Shown one piece after another: positions 30,378 to 40,247 of a stretch of DNA of 64,000 bases. The DNA lies in assembly GCA_036170915.1 (NCBI GenBank), contig JAVHQC010000015.1, positions 64,001 through 128,000 on the forward strand, given 5' to 3'. The DNA is from Cyanobacteria bacterium auto_48_18 (GTDB lineage Bacteria; Cyanobacteriota; Vampirovibrionia; Obscuribacterales; Obscuribacteraceae). Under the pieces are notes generated by a model that ran no database searches, was not told where the DNA came from, and saw nothing but the letters and a program-made list of their open reading frames with translations. The position numbers were made by a program, and so were the translations under genes. Position 1 is the stretch's first letter, and each line of letters starts with the position of its first letter.

Positions 30378-31049
30378 ATGAACGGCAACGGTAGTAAACA
30401 TAATCAAATCATCGAAACTCCAACCAGAGAAACATTGCCTCTGCCGGTATCTGCTTTGATTCTCTGCGGCGGTAAATCGCAGCGAATGGGCAGGCCTAAA
30501 GCTTTCTTGCCATACGGTGGCACCACGATGATCAATCATATCTTGGGAGTAGTGAAGGACCTTTTTGCTGAGACTTTTTTGATCGCTAACGAACCGGAAG
30601 CTTTCGAAGATTTCGAAGTTGATGTGGTCAAAGATATTCTTCCTTATCGTGGCCCTCTGGGCGGCATACTTTCAGGGCTGCTGGTGGCACAGCATCCTCA
30701 CGCTTTTGTCATTGCCTGTGATATGCCTCTTGTAGAGCCTAAATTGATTAGGCAGCTAGTCAGTCAGCGCCACGACCATGATGTTGTGGTGGCATCACAC
30801 GAAGATGGCATTGAGCCGCTGCTGGGCGTATATTCTAAAAACTGTATCAAACCTTTAGAAGAGTCGTTATTTAACGGTGATCTCTCACTAAAAGATTTTC
30901 TTTCTGGTCTCAATTCAGCTACTTTTGAAATTGACGAGAGTAAAGAAGAGTCTGGTTTACCAGCTTATTTCAATGTCAATACGCCGCAAGATTACAGCCG
31001 CCTGGTAACTGGCGGTGCTATTCAAATATTCCCCAATAAACGTAACTAA
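30378..31049 (+). CDS. mobA: Molybdenum cofactor guanylyltransferase (start uncertain)
   Basis: ILCGGKSQRMGRPKA, GPLGGI, ACDMP, FNVNTPQD. Confidence 0.9.
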   Translation: MNGNGSKHNQIIETPTRETLPLPVSALILCGGKSQRMGRPKAFLPYGGTTMINHILGVVKDLFAETFLIANEPEAFEDFEVDVVKDILPYRGPLGGILSGLLVAQHPHAFVIACDMPLVEPKLIRQLVSQRHDHDVVVASHEDGIEPLLGVYSKNCIKPLEESLFNGDLSLKDFLSGLNSATFEIDESKEESGLPAYFNVNTPQDYSRLVTGGAIQIFPNKRN

Positions 31050-31143
31050 AATCTCCTTGCGCACTCGCTCCAGCGGCTTAGTGTCCCGGTTTGACATACA
31101 GTCTCCTGGCAACCTGTTAAGATTGAATAACAAGCGAGGACGT

Positions 31144-32124
31144 ATGACAGAACCCAAAAAACTGATTTCTCTGCTACGTACTTTTGAGGAACAGGCCGCC
31201 GAGCGGGCCACAAAGCTAATTGCAGAACAGAAAGGCATCGAACTTGCATCTTTGAGCGCGCGCGCCGACAAAGATTTGGTGCAGGCACTGAAAGCACAGG
31301 CCCAGGCGGAACTGCTCAGTGAGCAGGAATTGCACCTGGTCGAAAGTGCCACGAAACTGGCTGAAGCTCTAGCCTCTCTGGCGGTACAAACAGTGGAGAT
31401 CGAGGCAGCCAAACTGTTGTCTTTGCAAAGGCAAGATTTTGTTGCCACGCTCACCCATGATTTGAAGAATCCGCTTATAGGGGCTAATCGTCTCTTGGAG
31501 TTGTTCATTGCCGGGCAACTTGGTCCGATAAATGATCAACAGACAGAGTTATTGACTGAGCTGAGAAAAAGCAATAGCGAATCGCTGACTTTGATAAACA
31601 CTCTCAGTGATGTCTATCGCTATGAAACGGATCCTGGTGAGATCTCCCGGGAAGAAGCACCACTGATTCCTATTGTTGAAGCATCTTATCGAGAAATACA
31701 GAACTGGGCACATGTGAATAATGTGCAGACAAGTCTGGTAGTTCCGGATGAGATGAAGCCTTGTTATGTGGATAGTTCGCCCATTCGCCGTTTGCTTGAT
31801 AATTTGCTGGGCAATGCCATGAAGTTTGCCGGCCCTGATGGTTGTGTTGACGTTAGCGTGACAAAGGCCGATGGCGAAGCGATTATCGAAGTGCATGATG
31901 ATGGTGTAGGCATTCCTAAACAGGAGAGAATACATCTCTTTAAGCGATTTTCTCAAGGTGCTTTAGGCAAGCGTTACAGTGGTGGCAGTGGCTTAGGTCT
32001 TTATCTCTGCAAACAAATTGCCCAGGCGCATGGTGGCAAAATTGAGTGTTTAGATTGTTCGAAGGGTACGCTATTTAGAGTTTCACTGCCCGACAAAGGC
32101 GTTATTAGTCAGGAGAAACCTTGA
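31144..32124 (+). CDS. Cytoplasmic histidine kinase (start uncertain)
   Basis: THDLKNPL, NLLGNAMKF, DDGVGI, GSGLGL; no TM segment. Confidence 0.9.
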   Translation: MTEPKKLISLLRTFEEQAAERATKLIAEQKGIELASLSARADKDLVQALKAQAQAELLSEQELHLVESATKLAEALASLAVQTVEIEAAKLLSLQRQDFVATLTHDLKNPLIGANRLLELFIAGQLGPINDQQTELLTELRKSNSESLTLINTLSDVYRYETDPGEISREEAPLIPIVEASYREIQNWAHVNNVQTSLVVPDEMKPCYVDSSPIRRLLDNLLGNAMKFAGPDGCVDVSVTKADGEAIIEVHDDGVGIPKQERIHLFKRFSQGALGKRYSGGSGLGLYLCKQIAQAHGGKIECLDCSKGTLFRVSLPDKGVISQEKP

Positions 32125-32525
32125 ATTCAGTTGTGCGTGATATAGATGTTTTAATTGTTGAGGACGATATGCTCCTCAATAAAGTCATGACTGTGCAATT
32201 AAAGCTATTTGGAATAAAGGTGCGCAATGCTTTCAACGGTGAACAGGCCTTGAGCCTGATTTCTGAGGCCGTACCAAGTCTGTTGTTACTCGATATTACT
32301 ATGCCGGCCTTAGACGGGTTCGGAGTGGTAGCTGCGCTGCGCAATTCAGATAAAACTGCCTCTATTCCACTGATTGTTCATACTGCCCTTGATTTGACTG
32401 AAAAAGAGAAGCTGGCTTTGACTCTAGGGCCAACAAAATTCATTACCAAATCAATTGCTTACAGCGATAAAATAATAGGGCTCATTGATGAACTAGTGAC
32501 ATCGACTGCAAAAGTTGCTACTTAA
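32121..32525 (+). CDS. Single-domain response regulator
   Basis: LIVEDD, LLDITMPALDG; overlaps kinase stop by 4 nt. Confidence 0.88.
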   Translation: MNSVVRDIDVLIVEDDMLLNKVMTVQLKLFGIKVRNAFNGEQALSLISEAVPSLLLLDITMPALDGFGVVAALRNSDKTASIPLIVHTALDLTEKEKLALTLGPTKFITKSIAYSDKIIGLIDELVTSTAKVAT

Positions 32526-32568
32526 CAGCCCTAAGTAATATTTGCGTCGTTAAAACAGTGCCATTTCT

Positions 32569-33939
32569 ATGAGTACTGGAGCCTGGTTTATTTCTGCTAC
32601 TTCTAAAAATCTAGCCTATTCACCGGCCAAGTTGTGGCTGGTGTTTCAGGCCATCTACTGGAAGGACATGCTTCATTCCTTCCGAGACAAAGACGTATTC
32701 ATTTATACCTTTGTTGTCCCGACGCTGTTGTATCCGGTTTTGCTTCTCGGTTCGGCTGAAATTATGATGCTCAAGGCCGATGCCGACAAGGACAAAACCA
32801 TTAAGTATGCCGTTGCCGCAGATTCAAAGAATGATGCAGGCATTAATCATATCGATGAAATTTTGCAAAAACGCAAACACTTTGTCAAAGTGAATAGCAC
32901 CAATGTTGAGCAAGACCTCGACTCGGGAAAGATTGACGGTGTACTTTCGCGCCATCATGGCGAGGGTAGCTACGTTGAAATCAAAGTCAATAAGCTCGCT
33001 AAAATGGCATCGCTTGATGATGAAGTAAATGCTGAAACCAGTAAGGCATACAATGACGATTTGTCGAAAACTCTTACAGCAAAAGGTCTAGCCCCCGAGA
33101 ATTTGCAAGGATTTTCGGTGGAGTCTCGCAATCTGGTTTCGGAAAGAAGCAACAATCAAAAGCGCTCACCAGATAAACATGCCGGCTTGCAGTTGCGCAA
33201 GGCCAGTAAAAATTTAGAGAATATTTCCGCTACATTCGTGTTGCTTATTTTCAGTCTACTGATGCTTGGCCTGGGTGCCGCCTATCCCGCTATCGCCGTT
33301 ACTGCTGAAGAATTTGAACGCAACACCATTGAGACTTCATGCTTATTGCCCGTATCGAGATCACTATTGATGCTGGGTAAGCTATTTTCCGTTTCAACTT
33401 TTGCTCTGCTATCAGGTGTGATTAATTTTGTCAGCCTTTATGCAGTGGCGCATATGGTGCTCTCGCAAACGAAGCTATTTGCTTCCATGGGCAGCGAACC
33501 ACTGCAAATCAGCGTTAATGCTACACAGGTTGGCGGTTTAATTGCTGGCTATATGCTGGTCGGCTTATTGATATCGTCTCTATTGATCTTGGCCACCAGC
33601 TTCTGTCGCACAGTACGCTCAGCCCAGCAATGGACGACTTTTCCACTCTTTATTATATTGATTTTGCCACCTTGCGCACTGTCCCCTTCATTAGAATTGA
33701 ACGGCTATACCATGTGGATTCCGCTGATTAATTGCTCGCTTATGCTCAAAGCCATTTTCAATGGCACCGTATTTAGTGTTAATTTCCTCGTCGTTTTATT
33801 AGTGACTGTGTTAACTTGCTTGATGTCACTTGGCCTGGCACGGCTCTTTCTTTTTGAGCAAATCGATCCTGGCATCTACTTTGCCAGGCTGTGGGACAAA
33901 CTGATGAGTACAATGAGAACTGAGAGTAAGACGCCATGA
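32569..33939 (+). CDS. ABC-2 permease, NatB-like
   Basis: TM-large loop-5TM topology, AEEFERNTIE..LGKL. Confidence 0.82.
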   Translation: MSTGAWFISATSKNLAYSPAKLWLVFQAIYWKDMLHSFRDKDVFIYTFVVPTLLYPVLLLGSAEIMMLKADADKDKTIKYAVAADSKNDAGINHIDEILQKRKHFVKVNSTNVEQDLDSGKIDGVLSRHHGEGSYVEIKVNKLAKMASLDDEVNAETSKAYNDDLSKTLTAKGLAPENLQGFSVESRNLVSERSNNQKRSPDKHAGLQLRKASKNLENISATFVLLIFSLLMLGLGAAYPAIAVTAEEFERNTIETSCLLPVSRSLLMLGKLFSVSTFALLSGVINFVSLYAVAHMVLSQTKLFASMGSEPLQISVNATQVGGLIAGYMLVGLLISSLLILATSFCRTVRSAQQWTTFPLFIILILPPCALSPSLELNGYTMWIPLINCSLMLKAIFNGTVFSVNFLVVLLVTVLTCLMSLGLARLFLFEQIDPGIYFARLWDKLMSTMRTESKTP

Positions 33940-34685
33940 AACTTCAGGTCAACCAGCTGAGTAAGCGCTTTTATGATCCCAGTCGCGGCGAATTTTTTGC
34001 TTGCAGTGATGTTTCTTTTGAAGTAGCGGAAGGCGAAATATTTGGTTTACTCGGCCCCAACGGAGCCGGTAAAACCACCACATTGAGAGTACTGGCCACT
34101 ATTCTCAAACCCACATCAGGAGCGGCACATTTAGGCGACATTGATATTTTTCGCTACCCTGATGCTGCCCGAGCTGCCCTTGGCTTTCTGTCTTCATCTA
34201 CAGGGCTTTACGAAAGACTTTCGCCGAGAGAAATATTGACCTATTTTGGTCGCCTCAATGGTGTGGCCGAGGGCGCTCTGAAAGAAAAAATTGAGCAGCT
34301 CTTCACGGCCCTCGAGTTTAGGCAATTCGCCGATGTGCGTTGCGGCAAGCTATCGCAGGGCACGCGGCAGAAAGTCTCAATTGCCCGTTCGATTATTCAT
34401 GATCCTAAATTGATGATTTTAGATGAGCCGTCAAACGGTCTTGATGTGGTAGCTACACAAGCTATGCACGCCTTTATCAGGCAGGCAAAGGCTGACGGTA
34501 AATGTATTGTATTCAGCACTCATATTATGTCTGAAGCCGAAAAGCTTTGTGATCGCATTGGTATCATCAATGATGGCAAAGTGCTAGCACAGGGCAGTTT
34601 AGCCGAATTGAAAGAGCTGGCCAGCGCCACTCATTTAGAAGATGTGTTCATGTCACTGGTCAGTCGATATGACTCAGCAAAGTAA
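33936..34685 (+). CDS. ABC exporter ATPase, NatA-like
   Basis: GPNGAGKTT, LSQG, ILDEP, STHIMSEAEKLCDR. Confidence 0.92.
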   Translation: MKLQVNQLSKRFYDPSRGEFFACSDVSFEVAEGEIFGLLGPNGAGKTTTLRVLATILKPTSGAAHLGDIDIFRYPDAARAALGFLSSSTGLYERLSPREILTYFGRLNGVAEGALKEKIEQLFTALEFRQFADVRCGKLSQGTRQKVSIARSIIHDPKLMILDEPSNGLDVVATQAMHAFIRQAKADGKCIVFSTHIMSEAEKLCDRIGIINDGKVLAQGSLAELKELASATHLEDVFMSLVSRYDSAK

Positions 34686-36696
34686 GCAATTTGACTGGCA
34701 TCAAATGTGGGTTGTCTTCGTCAAAGAAATGACCGAAGGCATTCGCGATTTTCGCTCGCTTGTGCCGATGGTGGTGTTCAGCCTGTTTATCGGCCCGCTT
34801 GTGACTATCGGTCTGCCCCTAATAGCCGCTCGCGAAGTACGCCAGGCACTGCAAGAACATTATCGCGTAGCCGATATATCTCCTGGTGGTGGCGCTCTAA
34901 CTTTTTTGCAGAAGTATGATTTTCAAATTGTGCCTCTGGCTGGTGAGAGCAAAGAATCGGCTCTGGCAACAGCCAAGGTCGACACTGTGGTGGAGACTTC
35001 AATTGATTTGTCCCAAAATCAGGATCTGGTGCCTCTGGCCGGGAAAATTCCTACGATCACAGTTTACTATGATGGAACGATAGCGCGTTCGGCCAATGCA
35101 GCCACCAAGCTTGGCCGCGTTTTAGACAACTACAAAGATTATTTTGTCAGAAAACGGCTGATTCGCGCTGGTATCAATTTAGACAAACCCGAGTACGTTA
35201 TGGCCACACTGGTTTCACCTGTGGATGCCATGTGGGCTGCCAGCCCTTTCATTCAAAGCATGCTGGTTTTAATTCTAATTTTTCAGGCTTTTGTGGGTGT
35301 TATTTACCCTTCACTCGACGCCATTACCGGTGAGCGCGAACGCGGCACGCTGGAGGCGCTCTTAACCACTACTGTCAATCGGTTTAACCTGTTTCTCGGT
35401 AAACTGGCTGCCATTGCCGTCAGCTCGTATGCTGTAGTGCTCTCAACTCTGGCTGGATTCTACCTGGCCCAATTTGTCCAGACTAATGTCTTTAGCTTCT
35501 TGCCCCCTTCCATGGCTTCGATTTTAAGCCACCCACTAGCTGTCAAATTGCCCCTGCCCTGTGTCACGGTGCTTGCTCTAGTAATGCTGCCGCTCTGTCT
35601 ATCAATGGCTGCTTCAGCTATGGCCCTGGCCACATACGCGCGTACTGTGCAGCAAGCGCAGGCTTATATGCTTCCTCTAATGGTGTTAATGACTATTCCC
35701 CTGTCAGTGATGGCAATGGGTGACGTGCATCTTGATGCAACGGTGGCACTGGTACCGTTTTTAAATTCTACAATCGGCATGAACGATATTCTCTCTGGTC
35801 GGCTGGCGCTACCATACATGACGCTGTCGGCGGCTATATCGTTGCTTTATTCGATTTTACTTGTGTCAGTAGTGGCGCCGGTTATAGACAGAGAAGATAT
35901 TCTTTTTGGTATTGAAGAATCTCCCAGCCGACGTTTAAAAGAACAGAATTTCGGCAGGGAATTATTTTTACTTTACAGCACCATATTTCTTTTGATGTTT
36001 TATGTGTCGCAGAGTCTTGTGGCCAAGCATCATATTTATGGCATTGCCTTGACTCAGATATTTGTAGTTTTGGCTCCAGGCCTGTTTCTTGCTTTCTTCT
36101 GGTTTAAGCTCAATGCCAGGCAAGTGCTGTTGTTGAAGATGCCGCGTGGCGGAATTTTGACACTTGTGGGTGCGCTGATGTTGGCACCACTGACGGTGTC
36201 GGTGGCCAGTCTATTTGCCATAGCTTTTGCAAAAATGGTGCCCGCCAGTGAGGCGGTGAGTAAGCTGATGGCCGAATACATAGGTCTCAATAGTCAACCG
36301 CTCTGGTTGCTGTTGTTTGTTATCGGTGCTATGCCGGCTATTTGTGAAGAACTTCTTTTTCGTGGCGTGATTCTTTCGCTGATGCCCAAGCGATTTTCAA
36401 CCACGCGTCTGGTTCTCACTGTGGGTCTTTTGTTCGGCGCTTTTCACATGAGCCTGATGCGCTTTCTACCCACCGCTGTGCTTGGCTGTGCGCTCACTTT
36501 CTTGGCACTACGGTCGCGGTCAATCTACCCTTGTATGTTGCTCCATGCTGGGCACAATATGCTCTCGGTGCTTGTGGCGGTGATTTTGAAAGAACATCTT
36601 GAGCCCTGGCATTTAGCTCTCGGCATTACTTGTGGGTTAGTTGGCCTGGGTATTCTAATTTTCACTTTGCGATCATCTGAAGATAGTGCCTCATGA
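34669..36696 (+). CDS. NatB-like ABC permease fused to CPBP (CAAX-type) intramembrane protease
   Basis: GERERGTLEALL..GKL permease; C-terminal EELLFRG, FGAFH, HAGHN motifs. Confidence 0.88.
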   Translation: MTQQSKQFDWHQMWVVFVKEMTEGIRDFRSLVPMVVFSLFIGPLVTIGLPLIAAREVRQALQEHYRVADISPGGGALTFLQKYDFQIVPLAGESKESALATAKVDTVVETSIDLSQNQDLVPLAGKIPTITVYYDGTIARSANAATKLGRVLDNYKDYFVRKRLIRAGINLDKPEYVMATLVSPVDAMWAASPFIQSMLVLILIFQAFVGVIYPSLDAITGERERGTLEALLTTTVNRFNLFLGKLAAIAVSSYAVVLSTLAGFYLAQFVQTNVFSFLPPSMASILSHPLAVKLPLPCVTVLALVMLPLCLSMAASAMALATYARTVQQAQAYMLPLMVLMTIPLSVMAMGDVHLDATVALVPFLNSTIGMNDILSGRLALPYMTLSAAISLLYSILLVSVVAPVIDREDILFGIEESPSRRLKEQNFGRELFLLYSTIFLLMFYVSQSLVAKHHIYGIALTQIFVVLAPGLFLAFFWFKLNARQVLLLKMPRGGILTLVGALMLAPLTVSVASLFAIAFAKMVPASEAVSKLMAEYIGLNSQPLWLLLFVIGAMPAICEELLFRGVILSLMPKRFSTTRLVLTVGLLFGAFHMSLMRFLPTAVLGCALTFLALRSRSIYPCMLLHAGHNMLSVLVAVILKEHLEPWHLALGITCGLVGLGILIFTLRSSEDSAS

Positions 36697-37049
36697 AGAA
36701 AGAAATTTCGCTCTATCTATTAGCTGCCTTCTTCTGCTTTGCCGGCGTAATGCACTTTGTTAATCCCTCCCTTTTTTTAAAAGCGGTACCCTCATATTTG
36801 CCTGAGCCTATGGCTCTAGTTCTCATTTCTGGATTCTTTGAGGTGTTGGGTGCAATCGGTGTGCTTGTACCGCGTACACGCAAAGCTGCAGGCATTGGCT
36901 TAATTGCATTATTAATTGCTGTTTTTCCTGCCAATATTCATATGGCTTTGCATCCGCAGCAATTTAAGGAAATTCCACTCTATGTTTTATACCTGCGTTT
37001 GCCACTGCAATTGCTTTTGATTTACTGGGTAAAGCGCGCTACGGGCTAA
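36693..37049 (+). CDS. DoxX-like small membrane protein
   Basis: AGVMHF..P, SGFFE, AVFPANIHMA, RLPLQ. Confidence 0.75.
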   Translation: MKKEISLYLLAAFFCFAGVMHFVNPSLFLKAVPSYLPEPMALVLISGFFEVLGAIGVLVPRTRKAAGIGLIALLIAVFPANIHMALHPQQFKEIPLYVLYLRLPLQLLLIYWVKRATG

Positions 37050-37062
37050 TTCAGTGGCCGTC

Positions 37063-37458
37063 TTATTTCAACAGAACCATGCCTGCCCGCGCAGCTTTTT
37101 TGTCAAATGTTACTGTTTTTTCGCAGCCGGAAGCGGCTGAAATGCGCTCTGTCAGGCAGTCTACGAAGTCAGTGTCAGAACTTTCGAATAATCTCAAGGC
37201 CTGCCAAACAATTTCGGCATCTTGAATCAATAATTGTTTAGTACTGAGCAAAAGTCTCAAAATCTTGACGATATCAATTTTTGCCGCTGCATAGCAGCTT
37301 TCGCTCACCCAGACCAATTCTATTAACGCAACCAAACCGATGAAACCGGGTCTGTCAGGCGAACATTGTTGCTCAATTAATCTCGTGGCCAGTGCTGACT
37401 GCACGGCATCGTCTTGGACAATATAGCGAACGAGGACATTGGTATCAAGACCAATCAC
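37063..37458 (-). CDS. PIN-domain toxin (VapC family)
   Basis: IGLDTNVLVRY, ELVWV, DFVDCL, TFDKKA. Confidence 0.93.
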   Translation of the reverse strand: MIGLDTNVLVRYIVQDDAVQSALATRLIEQQCSPDRPGFIGLVALIELVWVSESCYAAAKIDIVKILRLLLSTKQLLIQDAEIVWQALRLFESSDTDFVDCLTERISAASGCEKTVTFDKKAARAGMVLLK

Positions 37459-37691
37459 GAAGAGCCTCGCTTAATTATGGCTTGTCGCATCGCTTCTATT
37501 GATACTGGTTTGTTTGCTTTTTTTAGCAAACCCTTAAGCTCGCGTACGTCTTTGTTGGCAGGTTTGAGAGTGAACTCTCCGAGCACAGTTTCAACAAACT
37601 CTACCCGATCGCCAACGTCTAGTCCTAGCCTCTTGCGCACGCTGAGGGGAATTGTTATTTGGCCTTTACTGGTGACGGTTGAAGTTGACAA
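37455..37691 (-). CDS. AbrB/MazE/SpoVT-family antitoxin
   Basis: TVTSKGQITIPLSVRKRLGL..GDRVEF; 4-nt overlap with toxin. Confidence 0.93.
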   Translation of the reverse strand: MSTSTVTSKGQITIPLSVRKRLGLDVGDRVEFVETVLGEFTLKPANKDVRELKGLLKKANKPVSIEAMRQAIIKRGSS

Positions 37692-37719
37692 AATGCTTCC
37701 TAGATTTATGACCGGACAG

Positions 37720-37753
37720 TCCTTACATTATAGTAAGGAGAAGGTGTTGTCAA
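37720..37753 (-). promoter_or_regulatory. Toxin-antitoxin promoter with overlapping operator
   Basis: TTGACA-N15-TATAAT on minus strand; inverted repeat TCCTTAC-N6-GTAAGGA encloses the -10 hexamer. Confidence 0.6.
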
Positions 37754-37823
37754 TAACTACCTGGTTCTAAGCGGCACAATGGTGCTATAAAGACGCGATA
37801 ATCAACATTCTATCGCTCGATGA

Positions 37824-39989
37824 ATGCAGGTGCTCCCATTGGCGGATTTAGATACAACCGACTTGTCTGGTTTTAACCGGCGCAAAGTTGATACGACAGA
37901 TATCGATGGATTCGGTGGGGCACCTGCCGGCGGTTTTGCCAACGGCACTATTGTTGGTGGTACGTACAAAATTTTGCAGTTTATTGGCGCCGGTGGTATG
38001 GGGCTCGTTTATAAAGTCGAGCACACGATCATGCACAAAGTGTTGGCCCTCAAAGTGCTCAAGACTGACTATCTGTCTGAGTCGGTCTGGCGTCGATTTC
38101 TCATTGAAGCGCAGGCTATCGCCAGATTGAATCACGATAACGTGGTCAAGATTTACGATATGAATCAGACCCCTGATGGTCGGCCATTCTATACGATGGA
38201 TTTAATAGATGGTGAGTCACTGGCCGACTATTTAAAGGAGCATAAGCGCTTGCCTGTAGAGCACGCTTTGCCGCTTTTTCGCCAGGTTTGTGCGGGGCTG
38301 GCCTATGCCCATGAGCGGGGCATTATTCACCGTGACATTAAGCCAGGCAATATCATGCTTATCGGGCAGGGCGGAAACACTGGTCAGTCGAAGATAAAAA
38401 TTGTTGACTTTGGCATTGCCAAAATGACGAACGATGGCAGGCAAACCATGCAAGGGCTTACCAGGCCCGGCGAGGTCTTCGGCAGCCCGCTTTATATGAG
38501 CCCTGAGCAATGCCTTGGTGAAAAGCTAGATCCGCGCTCCGACCTTTATTCGGTTGGTATTACTTTGTTTCAGGCACTAACGGGCAAACCGCCGTTTTTA
38601 GGTCGCACAGCCATGGCCACGACGACAATGCACCTTTCACAGAGCCCTCCGACCTTGAGTGCGGTTGCCGGCGATTTGAAATTTGATGCGCGCCTGGAAA
38701 AATTAGTAGCAACCATGTTGGCTAAAGCACCACACGATCGCTACTCGTCTTTAACTGAAGTGGCAAGTGAGATGCTGCTGATTGAAAAAGGTGAAGTTGC
38801 CTCCGCTAGTAGGCATGGGCAGATATCTGGAAGCCGGCCAACCATCACCAGCGCGCCTGTACAGCCCGATTTTGCTGGGGCTACGACAGAGATTGATCCA
38901 GAGTTCGTCAATGATAGCGATTCATCGTCATTGAAAAGACCAGTGGTATTACTGCTGATGGCACTGGGTATTGTGGGCCTTATGACAGTCGCGTTGCTCA
39001 CGCTGGCGAATTTCAATCAATGGTTTTCATCAAGGCCGGTGCAGTCTTCTGTTAAGACTGAAAGCAAAAGTTTGAATAGCAGCCGGTTAGATAACAGCGA
39101 AGATATCATCTTGGGAGCGAGCGTTGACCCGAAATTGCCCCCGGAGGCGCGTAAGTTTGTTGCCCAGAGAAAGAAAGCCTACTCGACTATTGAGAACGTC
39201 AACGGCACCGAAGTGCTGATTTTTAGTTTCCCCGAAAAATTTTCCATTGGCAAAATTATCAGTAGCGTTGATGGTTTCCGCAAAGAGCGAGAGGCTCAGG
39301 GAAAAGTCGTTTGCCTTAAGTCTGATCGAATTGACTTCAGGGCAAATGAAATAACCCAAGCCGTACCTGAATTGCTCAAATTTTTCCACACGAATGACCT
39401 CAACGCTTTAGAGATTCACGACATTAAGCCTCGTGCTGCGTTTTTGACATCCTGCCTTGGTCGTATGACCTCCCTTAGGGCTCTCAATCTCTCCAATTGT
39501 GCTCTGCTCGACAGAGATCTGATGGCCCTCGAGTCTCTGCCCAAATTGCGTAATTTGCAGATAGACTATTCGGGAATTACTGGTGCTGCTCTAGCAAAGA
39601 GCAAGTTACTGCCGAAATTGGAAACATTATCAATTGTGGGGATTAAAGATTGTGCACCGGTATTGGTGGCACTAAGCAAAACAAATAGTATAAAGACGCT
39701 TTTCCTTGATCGTTGTAAGCTTGCCGATGCTGAAATAGCAGATATTGCGAAGCTCACTAGCCTGGAGCATCTTTCGCTTAAGTGGGACGGTCTTACTGAT
39801 TCGAATCTGGCAAAATTGACTGTGTTGAAGAATTTAACTGAGATCAATGTCTACGGCAATAACCTTACACAGGTCAGTCAGTACACCTTGAGCAAATTTC
39901 CACTTTTGCGAGATAGGCTTCTACCCGTGGCTAAAAAGGGAGAGGCTGATTGGGGCCGCAACCGTGATACTAATGATTTGAAGTTGTGA
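37824..39989 (+). CDS. Hanks-type Ser/Thr kinase with TM helix and C-terminal leucine-rich repeats
   Basis: IGAGGMG, ALKVL, HRDIKPGN, DFG, YMSPEQ; TM; LxxLxL repeats. Confidence 0.93.
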   Translation: MQVLPLADLDTTDLSGFNRRKVDTTDIDGFGGAPAGGFANGTIVGGTYKILQFIGAGGMGLVYKVEHTIMHKVLALKVLKTDYLSESVWRRFLIEAQAIARLNHDNVVKIYDMNQTPDGRPFYTMDLIDGESLADYLKEHKRLPVEHALPLFRQVCAGLAYAHERGIIHRDIKPGNIMLIGQGGNTGQSKIKIVDFGIAKMTNDGRQTMQGLTRPGEVFGSPLYMSPEQCLGEKLDPRSDLYSVGITLFQALTGKPPFLGRTAMATTTMHLSQSPPTLSAVAGDLKFDARLEKLVATMLAKAPHDRYSSLTEVASEMLLIEKGEVASASRHGQISGSRPTITSAPVQPDFAGATTEIDPEFVNDSDSSSLKRPVVLLLMALGIVGLMTVALLTLANFNQWFSSRPVQSSVKTESKSLNSSRLDNSEDIILGASVDPKLPPEARKFVAQRKKAYSTIENVNGTEVLIFSFPEKFSIGKIISSVDGFRKEREAQGKVVCLKSDRIDFRANEITQAVPELLKFFHTNDLNALEIHDIKPRAAFLTSCLGRMTSLRALNLSNCALLDRDLMALESLPKLRNLQIDYSGITGAALAKSKLLPKLETLSIVGIKDCAPVLVALSKTNSIKTLFLDRCKLADAEIADIAKLTSLEHLSLKWDGLTDSNLAKLTVLKNLTEINVYGNNLTQVSQYTLSKFPLLRDRLLPVAKKGEADWGRNRDTNDLKL

Positions 39990-40068
39990 GCGACTAGTAA
40001 GTCTGAATTGGGCGAATCGTGTCACATGCTGATTTAATAGGAAGAGCGACTAAAAGGAGAGTTTGACT

Positions 40069-40227
40069 ATGAGCGAAGCTTGTTGCCCACCTGAGTGCTG
40101 CGATAGCAAAGACTGTGAACCATGCAAAGGCTGCGACTGTTGTTGCTGTTGCTGTAAAGATTACAAAGAGGGACAAAAGTGCTCTTGTAGTCCTTCTAAG
40201 CCATGTGCCACACAAGCGAAAAAATAA
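40069..40227 (+). CDS. Cys-rich 52-aa peptide, metallothionein-like
   Basis: AAGGAG RBS; MSEACCPPECCDSKDCEPCKGCDCCCCCCKDYKEGQKCSCSPSKPCATQAKK (16 Cys); fills an intergenic gap. Confidence 0.75.
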   Translation: MSEACCPPECCDSKDCEPCKGCDCCCCCCKDYKEGQKCSCSPSKPCATQAKK

Positions 40228-40247
40228 AGGTTAAGTAGACGAGAGAA

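Noticed and set aside
39994..40215. 73-aa minus-strand ORF with TATATTVAA
   Set aside because: Antisense shadow of the Cys-rich plus-strand ORF, which has the clear RBS
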